A DNA stretch of 64,000 nt, taken from contig JAIYBN010000004.1 in NCBI GenBank assembly GCA_027488515.1, positions 177,252 through 241,251 on the forward strand, written 5' to 3'. This document shows, in pieces, positions 34,925 through 44,069 of this stretch. Each line of letters begins with the position of its first letter. Position 1 is the first letter of the stretch. Under the pieces are notes generated by a model. That model saw nothing but the letters and a program-made list of their open reading frames with translations, was not told where the DNA came from and did no database searches. Both the position numbers and the translations under genes were made by a program. The DNA comes from Pseudomonadota bacterium (GTDB taxonomy: Bacteria > Bdellovibrionota > UBA1018 > CAIMNF01).

Positions 34925-35846
34925 TTCCAAGATCACCCTGTTCGAAGTCGGGCCGCGCGACGGGCTTCAGAATGAGTCCCGGATTCTCCCCCTTGCCGAC
35001 AAACTCGATCTCATCGCGGCGCTGACCCGCGCTGGCATCAGAAAGCTCGAAGCGGGAGCCTTCGTCCGTGCCGATCGTGTTCCTCAAATGGCCGACAGCG
35101 AGGCCGTTCAGGACGGTCTACTGGCATCCGGGCTTCCGGGTGAGTTTTACTTTCTCGTCCCGAACCGCAAAGGACTCGGACGCGCCATCGAAAAGGGCGT
35201 GAAGCACATCGCGGTTTTCACGGCGGTGAGCGAAGAGTTCAACCGCAAGAACATCGGAATGGGAGTCGAAGACTCTTTCAAGGAAATCGAAGCCGTGGTC
35301 TCAGAAGCCATTGCCGCCGGGATCCGGGTGAGGGGTTATGTTTCGACCGTGTTCGGATGTCCCTTCCAGGGGCGTATCGATCCGAAGCAAGCCATCGCCG
35401 TGATCGAGCGGATGGCAGCCTTGCCGGTGGACGAGGTCTCGGTCGGAGACACGATCGGAGTGGCCGCTCCTCGTGGAGTCTCGGATGTGTTCGGGCCTTT
35501 GATCCGGAATGCAGGTGCGGGGCGCTATGCAGCTCATTTTCATGACACCCGGGGGACGGCATTGTCGAATGCCGTTCGAGCGCTCGAGCACGGGGTTCGA
35601 ACTTTCGATTCTTCCGTCTCCGGTCTCGGAGGCTGTCCCTTCGCTCCCGGTGCGAGCGGAAATCTGGCCACCGAAGACCTCGTGTATTTCTTGAAAGAGA
35701 ACGGAATGGAGACCGGAGTGGATTACCGCGCGCTCTGCGAGACCGGGGCCCGCCTGAGTCAGCTCATGGGTCATTCCCGTCCGGTCTCGAGGGCCTTGCA
35801 GGCCTATCTCGCCAACTGCACCCGGAATTCGACATGGGACTCTTGA
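34917..35846 (+). CDS. hydroxymethylglutaryl-CoA lyase
   Basis: TIM-barrel DRE family. FEVGPRDGLQNE near the N-terminus and HFHDTRGTALSNAVRALEHGV ... GGCPFAPGASGNLATEDLVY. RBS AAGGAAAG. Confidence 0.85.
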   Translation: MSDSKITLFEVGPRDGLQNESRILPLADKLDLIAALTRAGIRKLEAGAFVRADRVPQMADSEAVQDGLLASGLPGEFYFLVPNRKGLGRAIEKGVKHIAVFTAVSEEFNRKNIGMGVEDSFKEIEAVVSEAIAAGIRVRGYVSTVFGCPFQGRIDPKQAIAVIERMAALPVDEVSVGDTIGVAAPRGVSDVFGPLIRNAGAGRYAAHFHDTRGTALSNAVRALEHGVRTFDSSVSGLGGCPFAPGASGNLATEDLVYFLKENGMETGVDYRALCETGARLSQLMGHSRPVSRALQAYLANCTRNSTWDS

Positions 35847-36595
35847 AGGCGTTTTTCCTGCTGGTCGGATTCATTTCTTCCGGCGTGTTCGCACTCCTGG
35901 TCGGATTCGTTTCGCTCCCCCTGTTGCCGCTGATTCCTTCTTTACGTTATCGACTGAACGAGGTGTTCATCAGGCCGTTCAGTGTCTACGCACGCGCGTT
36001 GGTGGGATTGAAGCTGGTGATCGATCCCGCTCAAAAAGCATCGATTCCACGGCCGTCCGTGATGATCGGAAATCATCAAAGCGGGCTCGATTTCGCGTTG
36101 ATCAGTCAGTCCTGCCCGACCGGTGTGTTGATCGTCGGGAAGCGGGAGTTGCTCCGGATTCCCCTCTTCGGGTGGTTTTTCTGGCTTGCTGGCAACCTGC
36201 TCATCGATCGCAAGGATCGCTCGGGTTCCCTGGCGAAGCTCTCGGCAGTGAGGGACCGGTTGGTGGAACACGGGCTCAACCTTGCGATTTTTCCGGAGGG
36301 AACCCGGAGCAAGACGGGAGAGTTCCTTCCTTTCAAAAAAGGGGCGTTCCAGATCGCAGCCGAGAGCGGGCTCCCTCTGGTTCCGGTGGTGTGTTCGAGT
36401 CTGAGGGGCAAGGGTGTCTGGGAGAGCTTCGAGTTAGCGGGCGGACATGTCGTGGTTTCGATTCTGCCGGCTGTGGACACCGCAGAGTGGAAGGGGAAGG
36501 ATCTCGGACCCTTGATCGCCTCGGTCCATGCCCGGATGGTGGAGGAATTCCATCGCGTGAATGCCAGGGCCGAGGAGCTCGATGCGAAGGGTTGA
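35834..36595 (+). CDS. plsC: 1-acyl-sn-glycerol-3-phosphate acyltransferase
   Basis: Acyltransferase motifs NHQSGLD (HxxxxD) and FPEGTRS. N-terminal TM helix. Confidence 0.8.
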   Translation: MGLLKAFFLLVGFISSGVFALLVGFVSLPLLPLIPSLRYRLNEVFIRPFSVYARALVGLKLVIDPAQKASIPRPSVMIGNHQSGLDFALISQSCPTGVLIVGKRELLRIPLFGWFFWLAGNLLIDRKDRSGSLAKLSAVRDRLVEHGLNLAIFPEGTRSKTGEFLPFKKGAFQIAAESGLPLVPVVCSSLRGKGVWESFELAGGHVVVSILPAVDTAEWKGKDLGPLIASVHARMVEEFHRVNARAEELDAKG

Positions 36596-37316
36596 TCTCC
36601 CGGGGCAGGGTCGGCTTCTGGCTGTGTTCACGGGGTTCATGTTGCTCACCGTTTCGTGTGCCGGCCCCGTGGTCAAGGAAGGGGGCGGTGCCCGGTACGA
36701 GGTCAGGCGGATCGATCTCACCCGCGTCCGCTTTCACCGGCCCGAGCTGGTTCCGGTTTCACCGGGAGAGCTGGATGAGTCCGACAGGAAGGACGAAGTC
36801 CGATCCTGTCTCCGTCCCTCGGTTCTTTGGTCGGAGGTGTTGTCCCGTCACGGGTCAGTCACGAAGTGTCTGAACGGGCTCAAGGCGGGGACGGTGGCCT
36901 ACCGACTGACGAAGCAGGCCTCGCTCGAGTTGGTGTTCGAGCCCGAGTCTGAAAATGATCCGTCCTGCCTCGCCCGGGAGTTACCGAGGATTCCTCTTCC
37001 CCGGGAGCTCTATTTTTATGCCGAGACGGAACCGTCCGGAACCCTCGATGTGCTTTCCCTCAGTCTCAATCCGAAACACCACGCCTGGGTGGACTGGAAT
37101 TTCCTGACCCCGCGTCCGAGAATCCGGTTTCCGGTACCACCTTCCCGCGAGTTGAGGGGGGAGAGGGATCTGGAAGCCTGGCTCCTGACCTCGGTCTTTT
37201 CTTTGTTTTTCCCCGATCAGGGCCCGATCCGGGCGGCCTATGTGCCCGAGTTCGATGCGAAATCGTGCTTTGACGGGCAGCGAAACCCGGGTGTTCCCGC
37301 GGTCTTTTGGCCTTGA
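36582..37316 (+). CDS. hypothetical lipoprotein
   Basis: Signal peptide with lipobox LLTVSCAG. No known motif. Start at the internal ATG 36582. Confidence 0.5.
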   Translation: MRRVDLPGQGRLLAVFTGFMLLTVSCAGPVVKEGGGARYEVRRIDLTRVRFHRPELVPVSPGELDESDRKDEVRSCLRPSVLWSEVLSRHGSVTKCLNGLKAGTVAYRLTKQASLELVFEPESENDPSCLARELPRIPLPRELYFYAETEPSGTLDVLSLSLNPKHHAWVDWNFLTPRPRIRFPVPPSRELRGERDLEAWLLTSVFSLFFPDQGPIRAAYVPEFDAKSCFDGQRNPGVPAVFWP

Positions 37317-37351
37317 CGGGGAATCGTATCCTTGGCTACGCTCGCGGCACT

Positions 37352-37651
37352 ATGACGACTTGGGTGATCATCAGTTGGGTGTTCGTGGCAATTCTGACCG
37401 CAGTGAACGTGTTCGTGTTCTTGAAGCTCAAAAAAGCTTCCGAGCAAATGATGAAGATGGCGTTCCCCGGTTCCAAAAACATGAACGATGCCATGGGCCA
37501 GATGCAAAAAATGATGAGCGGTGCCGGTGGCATGCCTCCGAATCTGGGCGCATTGATGGGACAGATGAACAACCCCCAGATGCAGGCTCAAATGAAAGCC
37601 GCCATGGACATGCTTGCAAAAATGCAGCAGGGCTCAAAGGGGCGTCGCTAA
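37352..37651 (+). CDS. small Met/Gln-rich membrane protein
   Basis: One TM helix (TTWVIISWVFVAILTAVNVFVFL), then MMKMAFPG...MNDAMGQMQKMMSGAGGM...MGQMNNPQMQAQMKAAMDMLAKMQQ. The 3' end overlaps the convergent DTW gene by 18 nt. Confidence 0.4.
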   Translation: MTTWVIISWVFVAILTAVNVFVFLKLKKASEQMMKMAFPGSKNMNDAMGQMQKMMSGAGGMPPNLGALMGQMNNPQMQAQMKAAMDMLAKMQQGSKGRR

Positions 37652-38230
37652 TTTCCGGAGCGTCTCAGAAAAGCGGCTCTTGAGGATGGATTCGATCTCA
37701 GGATCGAGTCCCAGAAACGAGAGTGTTTCCGCGGCAGCTTCGAGGGTCGAGACGCATTCGGGTCTGGGCTCCTTGCGGATGTTGCCGTAGCGTGATTTCT
37801 CTTTCGGAATGATGTAGATCCTCTTGGTTTTGAGGAGCCACGCATTCCTCCACCAGAGTGTTTTGGCCTGGGCCCAGGTTCCATCGAGAAGGATCAGTCC
37901 ACCGACTTCGGGCGATTCCGGTGGATCCTTCGGATTCCCTTTTTTATCGAGGTAGTAAATTCCCGGTTCGAGGCGGCCGCCGGTCTCTGAATGCTTCTTC
38001 GTGCCGAGGTACAGGGTGTGCCAGAGTCCGGGCCGGGCGAGTTCCGGGTGATCTTCAACGCCTTTCCAGCCTTTCAGGGCTTGGGGAAGGCTCCTCCACG
38101 ACAGTCCGGTTGCCACGTGGCAGGGGTCGAGCATGGAGGTGAGCATGGCCGCAGAGCCGGCTTCCTTGTCCTTTCGCGAAGGCTCCTGGGGATGCTGCAG
38201 GATCAGAACCGGGACCGGGATTTTGAACAT
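37634..38230 (-). CDS. DTW-domain protein (tRNA acp3U aminocarboxypropyltransferase-like)
   Basis: Conserved LILLDGTWAQAK (DTW motif) with upstream Cys/His. Confidence 0.7.
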   Translation of the reverse strand: MFKIPVPVLILQHPQEPSRKDKEAGSAAMLTSMLDPCHVATGLSWRSLPQALKGWKGVEDHPELARPGLWHTLYLGTKKHSETGGRLEPGIYYLDKKGNPKDPPESPEVGGLILLDGTWAQAKTLWWRNAWLLKTKRIYIIPKEKSRYGNIRKEPRPECVSTLEAAAETLSFLGLDPEIESILKSRFSETLRKLATPL

Positions 38231-38294
38231 GGCACCGTTTTACCGATTTCAGCCTTCTCAGTCCACCCTGCTGTGAGCTATTCTCAAGAACATC

Positions 38295-39224
38295 ATGAGT
38301 CCCGACCAAATCCTGGACCGTTTTCACGACCTCGCCCCTTGGACCCGTTTCGACGAGTGGACGGGCATCTGGATGGAGATTGGCGAACAGAGCGTCTGCA
38401 TCCTCTTTGGTGAAGACCAGGAGGCTGATTTCCGGATGTTGATCCTCCGGGGTCCGGATCCGGCTCAACGTTACCTCGGTTACCGCAGTGGGGATTGGAT
38501 TCCCGAGTTCGGACTCGATTTCGCCACAACGGACGGGATCCGTGTTGGAATTTCGGAAGACCATGTCGAACACTATGAGTCCTGCCGTCCCGGCCTTCCG
38601 CCCGAGCCCCTCCGGCTCGACGAAAAACAGCTTCTTTTCGAAGTCCTCGACGGGATCAATTTCCTGGTCGGTCGATTGGATGACGACAAGATCCCCGTCC
38701 TCGGGGAGACGGAGGACTACTGTTACCACCTCTGGAAAGTGGCGGGAACCTGGAGAGGCGAAGTGAAGGAATTCCCGGAAGAGGTGTTCTCGCGTTTCGA
38801 CCCGATTGAAGTCCAGGAGTCCCGCATCCAACGGATTCAGGCTGCAAAGCTGCCACAAGACGGAGTTTGGGAAGCCTCACCGTTTTTCCTGCCTGCGACG
38901 CGGTTCCAGGGGAACCAAGAAGTCTTTGTCCAGTGTGCGGCTGTGGCCGAGCGGGGCACGGGATTGCTCGGTCTGGTGACCCTTGAGGCACATGCCAGTC
39001 CCGAACAGGAAACCGCTGAGGCGTTGCTCGGGTCCATCGAACAGCAAAAGAGATTGCCTCATTTTCTCGTGGTCAAGGAAGAGCGTCTCGCAGAGCGGCT
39101 GCTCCCCTTGGTTCAAAGGCTCGGAGTCCAGCTCCGCTTGAGGAAACGTCTCCGTGAATTGGAAGAGATCCGGGAAGGCATGATTGACGAATTTCCCGAC
39201 GAGGACAACGAAGGGTCAGCCTGA
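38295..39224 (+). CDS. hypothetical protein
   Basis: 309-aa ORF with good coding character. Acidic C-terminus. No recognisable motif. Confidence 0.5.
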   Translation: MSPDQILDRFHDLAPWTRFDEWTGIWMEIGEQSVCILFGEDQEADFRMLILRGPDPAQRYLGYRSGDWIPEFGLDFATTDGIRVGISEDHVEHYESCRPGLPPEPLRLDEKQLLFEVLDGINFLVGRLDDDKIPVLGETEDYCYHLWKVAGTWRGEVKEFPEEVFSRFDPIEVQESRIQRIQAAKLPQDGVWEASPFFLPATRFQGNQEVFVQCAAVAERGTGLLGLVTLEAHASPEQETAEALLGSIEQQKRLPHFLVVKEERLAERLLPLVQRLGVQLRLRKRLRELEEIREGMIDEFPDEDNEGSA

Positions 39225-40274
39225 AACGCGGTACGCCTCGAATTCGCCGTCACCGTCTTGTGACTTGTACAGGACCGCGTAGAGTCTGCTTCCCAATGCG
39301 GTTTTCATACGCAGGTATGCACGACTTCTCGCCCCACCGGTCAGATCCAGGTAGGAGGCGCTCACTCCCGGGTCGAGGACGAAGGCATGGTAGCTGATGA
39401 TCCTGCCCCGGGTGTCGAAGATGGTCACCCCGTCGGTTTCCAACATGTTCCGGATCAGATTGGAATAAGCGAAGAGCGCGCTGGTCGTTTCGGATGACTT
39501 CCGGGTGAGGTGGGCGCTCAAAACTTGTACCGGATCAAGCGGAGGATGGAGATGAATCCCGTCTTTCAGCAGTTCAGGTGGCGGGTGACCGGCCTCGAGA
39601 ATCGCGATCAGGCATCCGTGAGGTCCTGTGAAAAGGGCTTCCATGATTTTTTCGTAAAACCTGCGGAGCTTGTTCCGGAGCGGGGGAGGGGCATCCCGAC
39701 TCACAGCTTTCGAAACCGACTGGATGAGAAGAGCCGGGTGGTCCCGCTTCTCTTTTTTTCCAGAGGTGTCGAAGTAGATGACCGGTCCTCCGAATGCGCG
39801 GATCTCGACGACCGATTCACCCGATCGCTGCACCCCGATCAGAAGGGTGTCGGATTCGGCGACGGTTCTGAGTCGATGAAAGCTCGGTTCATGGAGGGGC
39901 GAGGGGGAGTTCCGGAAGATTCCGTAACGGATACGATCCTGGTCCATCAGCAGGTAGACCGCCCAGTCCCGGTCGCGGGTGAGGGGGCCACACGACTTCA
40001 GGGCCTTTTTCACAGTCAGGGAGTGGAAGGGGCCCTCTCCAATGGGGATGGGATCCGCTCCTTTCAGCCGCGTTTGAATTTCTGCCAGATCCGACATGAG
40101 GAACACATCGGGTGCTTTTCCGGAACCTTCCTCACGAAAACCGACCACACCGAGGACCACTTCGAGCAACAGTTCGCGGAAGGGTTTCGGAATCCGGAAC
40201 TCCCGTTGCTGGTTGTGGATCAACTCTTCCAAAGTCTGCCTGGGTGAACCGAAAACGGCCATCGATGCGGACAT
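39216..40274 (-). CDS. DAC (diadenylate cyclase / DisA_N)-like domain protein with non-canonical RSR in place of RHR
   Basis: The C-terminal half aligns by eye with the CdaA/DisA DAC domain. GCLIAILE matches GALIVIE. ETDGVTIFDTRGRIISYHAFVL matches LHDGAVIIRNGRI. LTGGARSRAYL matches GTRHRAAIG. The N-terminal roughly 190 aa are unknown. 352 aa. Confidence 0.5.
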   Translation of the reverse strand: MSASMAVFGSPRQTLEELIHNQQREFRIPKPFRELLLEVVLGVVGFREEGSGKAPDVFLMSDLAEIQTRLKGADPIPIGEGPFHSLTVKKALKSCGPLTRDRDWAVYLLMDQDRIRYGIFRNSPSPLHEPSFHRLRTVAESDTLLIGVQRSGESVVEIRAFGGPVIYFDTSGKKEKRDHPALLIQSVSKAVSRDAPPPLRNKLRRFYEKIMEALFTGPHGCLIAILEAGHPPPELLKDGIHLHPPLDPVQVLSAHLTRKSSETTSALFAYSNLIRNMLETDGVTIFDTRGRIISYHAFVLDPGVSASYLDLTGGARSRAYLRMKTALGSRLYAVLYKSQDGDGEFEAYRVSG

Positions 40275-40347
40275 TAGAGCGATTCAGATTTTTTGAAAAG
40301 GCGGGGCGTGCAAAGCCCGCAATGAAAAGTCCGCAGAGAGGTTCGTG

Positions 40348-41793
40348 TCAGCGGGCCAATTCGACCCGCACCCTGCGTCCTTTGACTCTTCCTGTCTCCA
40401 AACCGGACAGCGCCCGTCTGGAAACCCGCTTCGAGATCGCGACGAATGAGATATAATCCTGGATCTCGATTTTACCGATATCTTCTCCTGCAATGCCGCA
40501 TTCCCCGGTCAGAGCTCCCAGAATGTCACCCGGGCGGATTTTGTTCTTCCTTCCTGCCCCGATGAAGAGGGTTTCCATTTCAGAATCGAGCTTCAAGTCC
40601 GCACTCAGCTCGTTCAGTGATCGGTTCCTCAAGTCGGGTCCTTCCCGTGACTGGATCTTCATCCCGGTCAGTTGTTCGAGTGGTGTGAGTTTTTCGAGTT
40701 GTTTTGCGAGGATCAATGTCATCGACACTCCGGACCTTCCGGCCCGTCCGGTCCTTCCGATACGGTGAACATAGACTTCAGGCTTGAGGGGGAGTTCAAA
40801 ATTCACCACAGTGTCGACCGATTCGACATCAATCCCTCTGGCGGCGACATCGGTGGCGATCAGGATCCTGATGCTGCGGTTTCTGAATCTCGCCATCACC
40901 CGTTCACGTTCCGGTTGTTCGAGGTCGCCGTACAGGGCTCCGGCGCTCACTCCCATCCGTTTGAGTTCACGTTCGAGGGCCGAGGCGTCCGCTTTGAAGT
41001 TGACGAATACGATGCAACTTGCCGGATCGCGCTCTTTCAGCAGGTGGAGCATCAGCTTCAAACGGTCATTGAAGTCGACGCGATTTCCATGCAGTGGCTC
41101 GACCATGTAGGCCTGTTGTTCGATGTCAGGCCGGGTGAGTGTCTCGGGTTCGATCACGATCCGGACCGGATCTTTTTGGATCGATCGACTCCATGTTTCG
41201 ATGGTGGTCGGAAAAGTCGCCGAGAAAAGCATCGTGTGTCGGGAGGAAGGGAGTCGGGTGAAAATGAAGTCCATTTCTTCCTGGAATCCCATCTCGAGCA
41301 TCCGGTCCGCTTCGTCGAGCACCAAGGTCCGGATCGATTCGATCTCCAGGGTGTTTCTCCTGAGGTGGTCTCCGATCCGCCCGGGGGTTCCGACGACGAT
41401 GTGGATTCCTTTTTCCAAAGCGACGATCTGAGGTCCGATCGGAACTCCACCGGTGACCGGAAGGACTTTCAATCCGATGTGTTTTTTACCGAGTTTCCGG
41501 ATTTCGCCTGAGACCTGAATGGCGAGTTCACGGGTGGGGCACAGGATCAACGCTTGGAGTGCCCTGTTCCGTTGGAGATCCGGGCAGTCCCGGTCCAGCC
41601 GTTCGAGCAAGGGTAAGGTGTAGGCGGCGGTTTTTCCGCTGCCGGTCGCAGACTGTCCGATCAGGTCCCGACCCTGGAGCAAATGGGGCAGGCTTTGTGC
41701 CTGGATCGGAGTCGGCGTGGAGTAGCCCAGTTCCGTCAGGACCGCCTTCAGTTTGTCTGACAGGAGAAAATTTTCAAATGTGTTCATGAGCAT
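40348..41793 (-). CDS. dbpA: DEAD-box ATP-dependent RNA helicase with DbpA-type C-terminal RNA-binding domain
   Basis: Q-motif, GSGKT, PTRELA, DEADRM, SAT and HRIGRTGRAG motifs. C-terminal DbpA-like RBD (GALTGECGIAGEDIGKIEIQDYISFVAI). Confidence 0.85.
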   Translation of the reverse strand: MLMNTFENFLLSDKLKAVLTELGYSTPTPIQAQSLPHLLQGRDLIGQSATGSGKTAAYTLPLLERLDRDCPDLQRNRALQALILCPTRELAIQVSGEIRKLGKKHIGLKVLPVTGGVPIGPQIVALEKGIHIVVGTPGRIGDHLRRNTLEIESIRTLVLDEADRMLEMGFQEEMDFIFTRLPSSRHTMLFSATFPTTIETWSRSIQKDPVRIVIEPETLTRPDIEQQAYMVEPLHGNRVDFNDRLKLMLHLLKERDPASCIVFVNFKADASALERELKRMGVSAGALYGDLEQPERERVMARFRNRSIRILIATDVAARGIDVESVDTVVNFELPLKPEVYVHRIGRTGRAGRSGVSMTLILAKQLEKLTPLEQLTGMKIQSREGPDLRNRSLNELSADLKLDSEMETLFIGAGRKNKIRPGDILGALTGECGIAGEDIGKIEIQDYISFVAISKRVSRRALSGLETGRVKGRRVRVELAR

Positions 41794-41818
41794 CGGGACT
41801 GACCGGAATCCGGAAATG

Positions 41819-41840
41819 AAAAAGCCGGCGGTGCGCCGGC
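41819..41840 (-). terminator. hairpin + T5 after tRNA-Ala (minus strand)
   Basis: GCCGGCG-gtg-CGCCGGC followed on the minus strand by TTTTT. It lies only about 26 nt upstream of the dbpA start, so it may act as a partial terminator or processing site. Confidence 0.45.
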
Positions 41841-41855
41841 TTCATTGGAGTTGAA

Positions 41856-41931
41856 TGGTGGAGGTACACGGATTCGAACCGAGGACCTTTTCCATGCCAT
41901 GGAAACGCTCTACCAACTGAGCTATACCCCC
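41856..41931 (-). tRNA. tRNA-Ala (anticodon GGC)
   Basis: The reverse complement gives a 76-nt cloverleaf GGGGGTA...TACCTCC-A-CCA with the G3:U70 alanine identity pair and anticodon loop ATGGCAT. One U-U mismatch in the T-stem. Confidence 0.85.
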
Positions 41932-42081
41932 ACAACGGTGATCGAATCCCCTGAACCGTAACCGACTCCCTTCAATTCTGCAAGTCATCTGATGGTTGAC
42001 GGGGTGGGTCATTTTGAGTCGGGTTGTCTTGCGAATCCTGGATTCCTCTGGAACAATCGAACGACAGGCAGGAGTTCAGTG

Positions 42082-43416
42082 ATGCTAAAAATCGATCAGG
42101 TCGTTTCTCGTGAAGTTCTCGATTCCCGTGGTTATCCCACGGTGGAAGTCGAACTCATTTCAGGTTCCATCCGGGCTTCGGCCATCGTTCCGTCCGGTGC
42201 CTCCACCGGTGAGGGCGAGGCGCTCGAACTTCGGGACGGCGATGCCAAACGCTATCTCGGCAAGGGTGTCCTGAAGGCCATCGCACACGTCGATCGGGAG
42301 ATCGCTCCGGCCATTGTCGGGAGAGAATTCCACAACCAGGCGATTTTCGATGACTTGCTCCGCGATCTCGACGGGACTCCGAACAAGTCCAAGTTCGGCG
42401 CCAATTCGATCCTCCCGGTCAGTATGGCTTTCGCCCGCTTGCACGCGCTCAATCTCGACGCAAGCCGGATCCATCCCTTGGCTTTGACCGAGCATCTGGC
42501 CGGTCTTTTCGGATCCCGTGGAGTGACCCTCCCGGTTCCCCTCATGAATGTGTTCAACGGAGGAAAGCACGCAGACAACGGGATCGCCATTCAGGAATTC
42601 ATGATCATTCCTGTGGGGTTCGATCGTTTTTCCGAAGCCTTGAGGGCGGGAGTGGAAGTGTTCCATTCGTTGAAAAAGATCCTTCACAAGCGGGGTCTCA
42701 CCACGGCAGTCGGGGATGAAGGAGGCTTCGCTCCGAAGCTCGGCGTTGAAGCCGAGGCAGGTCCCGGCTCTCACGAAAAAGTCCTGACCCTTCTGCTCGA
42801 CGCGATTGAAACCGCCGGTTACCGGGCCGGATCCCAGATCGCGTTGGCGCTGGATTGCGCCTCGAGTGAGTTTTCCAAGAAGGACGGGAACGGATGTGTT
42901 TACCAGTTCGAAGGATCACCACGGACTTCGGCGGACATGGTCCAATTATACGAGAAGTGGGTGTCCCAGTACCCGATCCTTTCCATCGAAGACGGGCTCG
43001 CTGAACACGATTGGGAAGGTTGGAAGTTGCTCACCACCCGACTCGGTAGCCGGATCCAGTTGGTCGGTGACGATCTGTTCGTGACCAATCCCGAGTATCT
43101 CAAAAAGGGGATCGAGCGGGGAGTCGCCAATTCCCTTCTCGTGAAGTTGAACCAGATCGGTACCGTGACAGAAACTCTCGAGGCCATGCGGATGGCTCAT
43201 CATTCGAATTACACCACCGTGATCTCCCACCGGAGCGGCGAGAGCGAGGACAGTTTCATCGCCGACCTCGCGGTTGCTTCCGATGCCGGTCAGATCAAAA
43301 CGGGTTCCGCCTCCCGGACCGATCGACTCGCCAAGTACAATCAGCTGATTCGTCTTGAACAAGCCCTGGGGACCCGTGCTAAATTCAAAGGTAGGGAGAC
43401 ATTCAAGTCCTGGTGA
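42082..43416 (+). CDS. eno: enolase
   Basis: N-terminus [23 protein letters not shown]. Active-site regions ([27 protein letters not shown]). RBS AGGAG. The ORF-track start at 41992 is too long. Confidence 0.95.
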   Translation: MLKIDQVVSREVLDSRGYPTVEVELISGSIRASAIVPSGASTGEGEALELRDGDAKRYLGKGVLKAIAHVDREIAPAIVGREFHNQAIFDDLLRDLDGTPNKSKFGANSILPVSMAFARLHALNLDASRIHPLALTEHLAGLFGSRGVTLPVPLMNVFNGGKHADNGIAIQEFMIIPVGFDRFSEALRAGVEVFHSLKKILHKRGLTTAVGDEGGFAPKLGVEAEAGPGSHEKVLTLLLDAIETAGYRAGSQIALALDCASSEFSKKDGNGCVYQFEGSPRTSADMVQLYEKWVSQYPILSIEDGLAEHDWEGWKLLTTRLGSRIQLVGDDLFVTNPEYLKKGIERGVANSLLVKLNQIGTVTETLEAMRMAHHSNYTTVISHRSGESEDSFIADLAVASDAGQIKTGSASRTDRLAKYNQLIRLEQALGTRAKFKGRETFKSW

Positions 43417-43715
43417 GCCTTCGAAAAAAGATCGACATCAATCGCATTTGGCTCGGATTTTTCGGTGTTTGGCTCATCTTGTTGAGCGGCCTCCTGGATT
43501 TTTGGCTGAAGAGCCCCGGACTCAAGCAGTGGTACCGGGTCGCGTCGGCACTCTCTGACCGCCGCCAAGAGATTGGCGCTATCGAGGATCGTTCCACCAC
43601 GCTCCAGCATGTGGCCCGTGAGCTCGAGTCCAACCCCTTGGCGCAGGAGCGCGAAGTGAGGAAGGTGCTCGGGTATTTGGGTGAGCAAGAAGCGGTTTTT
43701 GAATTTTATCCTTGA
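43413..43715 (+). CDS. ftsB: FtsB/DivIC-like septum formation initiator
   Basis: 100 aa. GTG start overlapping the eno stop (GTGA). N-terminal TM helix then coiled-coil. Conserved eno-ftsB synteny. Confidence 0.65.
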   Translation: MSLRKKIDINRIWLGFFGVWLILLSGLLDFWLKSPGLKQWYRVASALSDRRQEIGAIEDRSTTLQHVARELESNPLAQEREVRKVLGYLGEQEAVFEFYP

Positions 43716-43731
43716 TGGCGCGTTTCGTTGT

Positions 43732-43761
43732 TTGACAGTCCACCCGGATTCCCGTCAAAAT
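43732..43761 (+). promoter_or_regulatory. sigma70-like promoter for cspA (-35 TTGACA, 17-18 nt spacer, -10 TCAAAA/CAAAAT)
   Basis: TTGACA at 43732-43737, then TCAAAAT at 43755-43761. RBS GGGGAGG (43768-43774) lies 12 nt before ATG 43787. Confidence 0.4.
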
Positions 43762-43786
43762 GGAAACGGGGAGGCATCAGGGGACG

Positions 43787-43990
43787 ATGCATATCGGACA
43801 TGTGGTGTGGTTCAATGATTCGAAGGGATTCGGCATCATCGAGATCGAGGACGGGCAGACCGTGTTCGTCCATTACAACGATATCCAGGGAGCCGGTTTC
43901 AGGAGTTTGAAACAAGGCCAGAAGGTGGAGTTCGACCTGTACGAGGATGATGCCAAAGGCTACCTCGCACGGAATGTAATTTCCTGCTGA
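43787..43990 (+). CDS. cold-shock protein (CspA family, S1-like OB fold)
   Basis: 67 aa. [19 protein letters not shown] ... VFVHY, with RNP1-like KGFGFI and RNP2-like VFVHY motifs. Confidence 0.85.
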   Translation: MHIGHVVWFNDSKGFGIIEIEDGQTVFVHYNDIQGAGFRSLKQGQKVEFDLYEDDAKGYLARNVISC

Positions 43991-44011
43991 AGCAGGCTGA
44001 ACAAACAGAAA

Positions 44012-44038
44012 CCCCCACCCGGAGGACTCGGGCAGGGG
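44012..44038. terminator. GC-rich hairpin between convergent cspA and lipoprotein genes (likely bidirectional terminator)
   Basis: CCCCCACCCG ... CGGGCAGGGG is an imperfect stem with a 2-nt internal mismatch. A-rich upstream and TT downstream. Confidence 0.4.
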
Positions 44039-44069
44039 TTCTTGAGAGAGAGTTCGGACGTTCAGGAGA

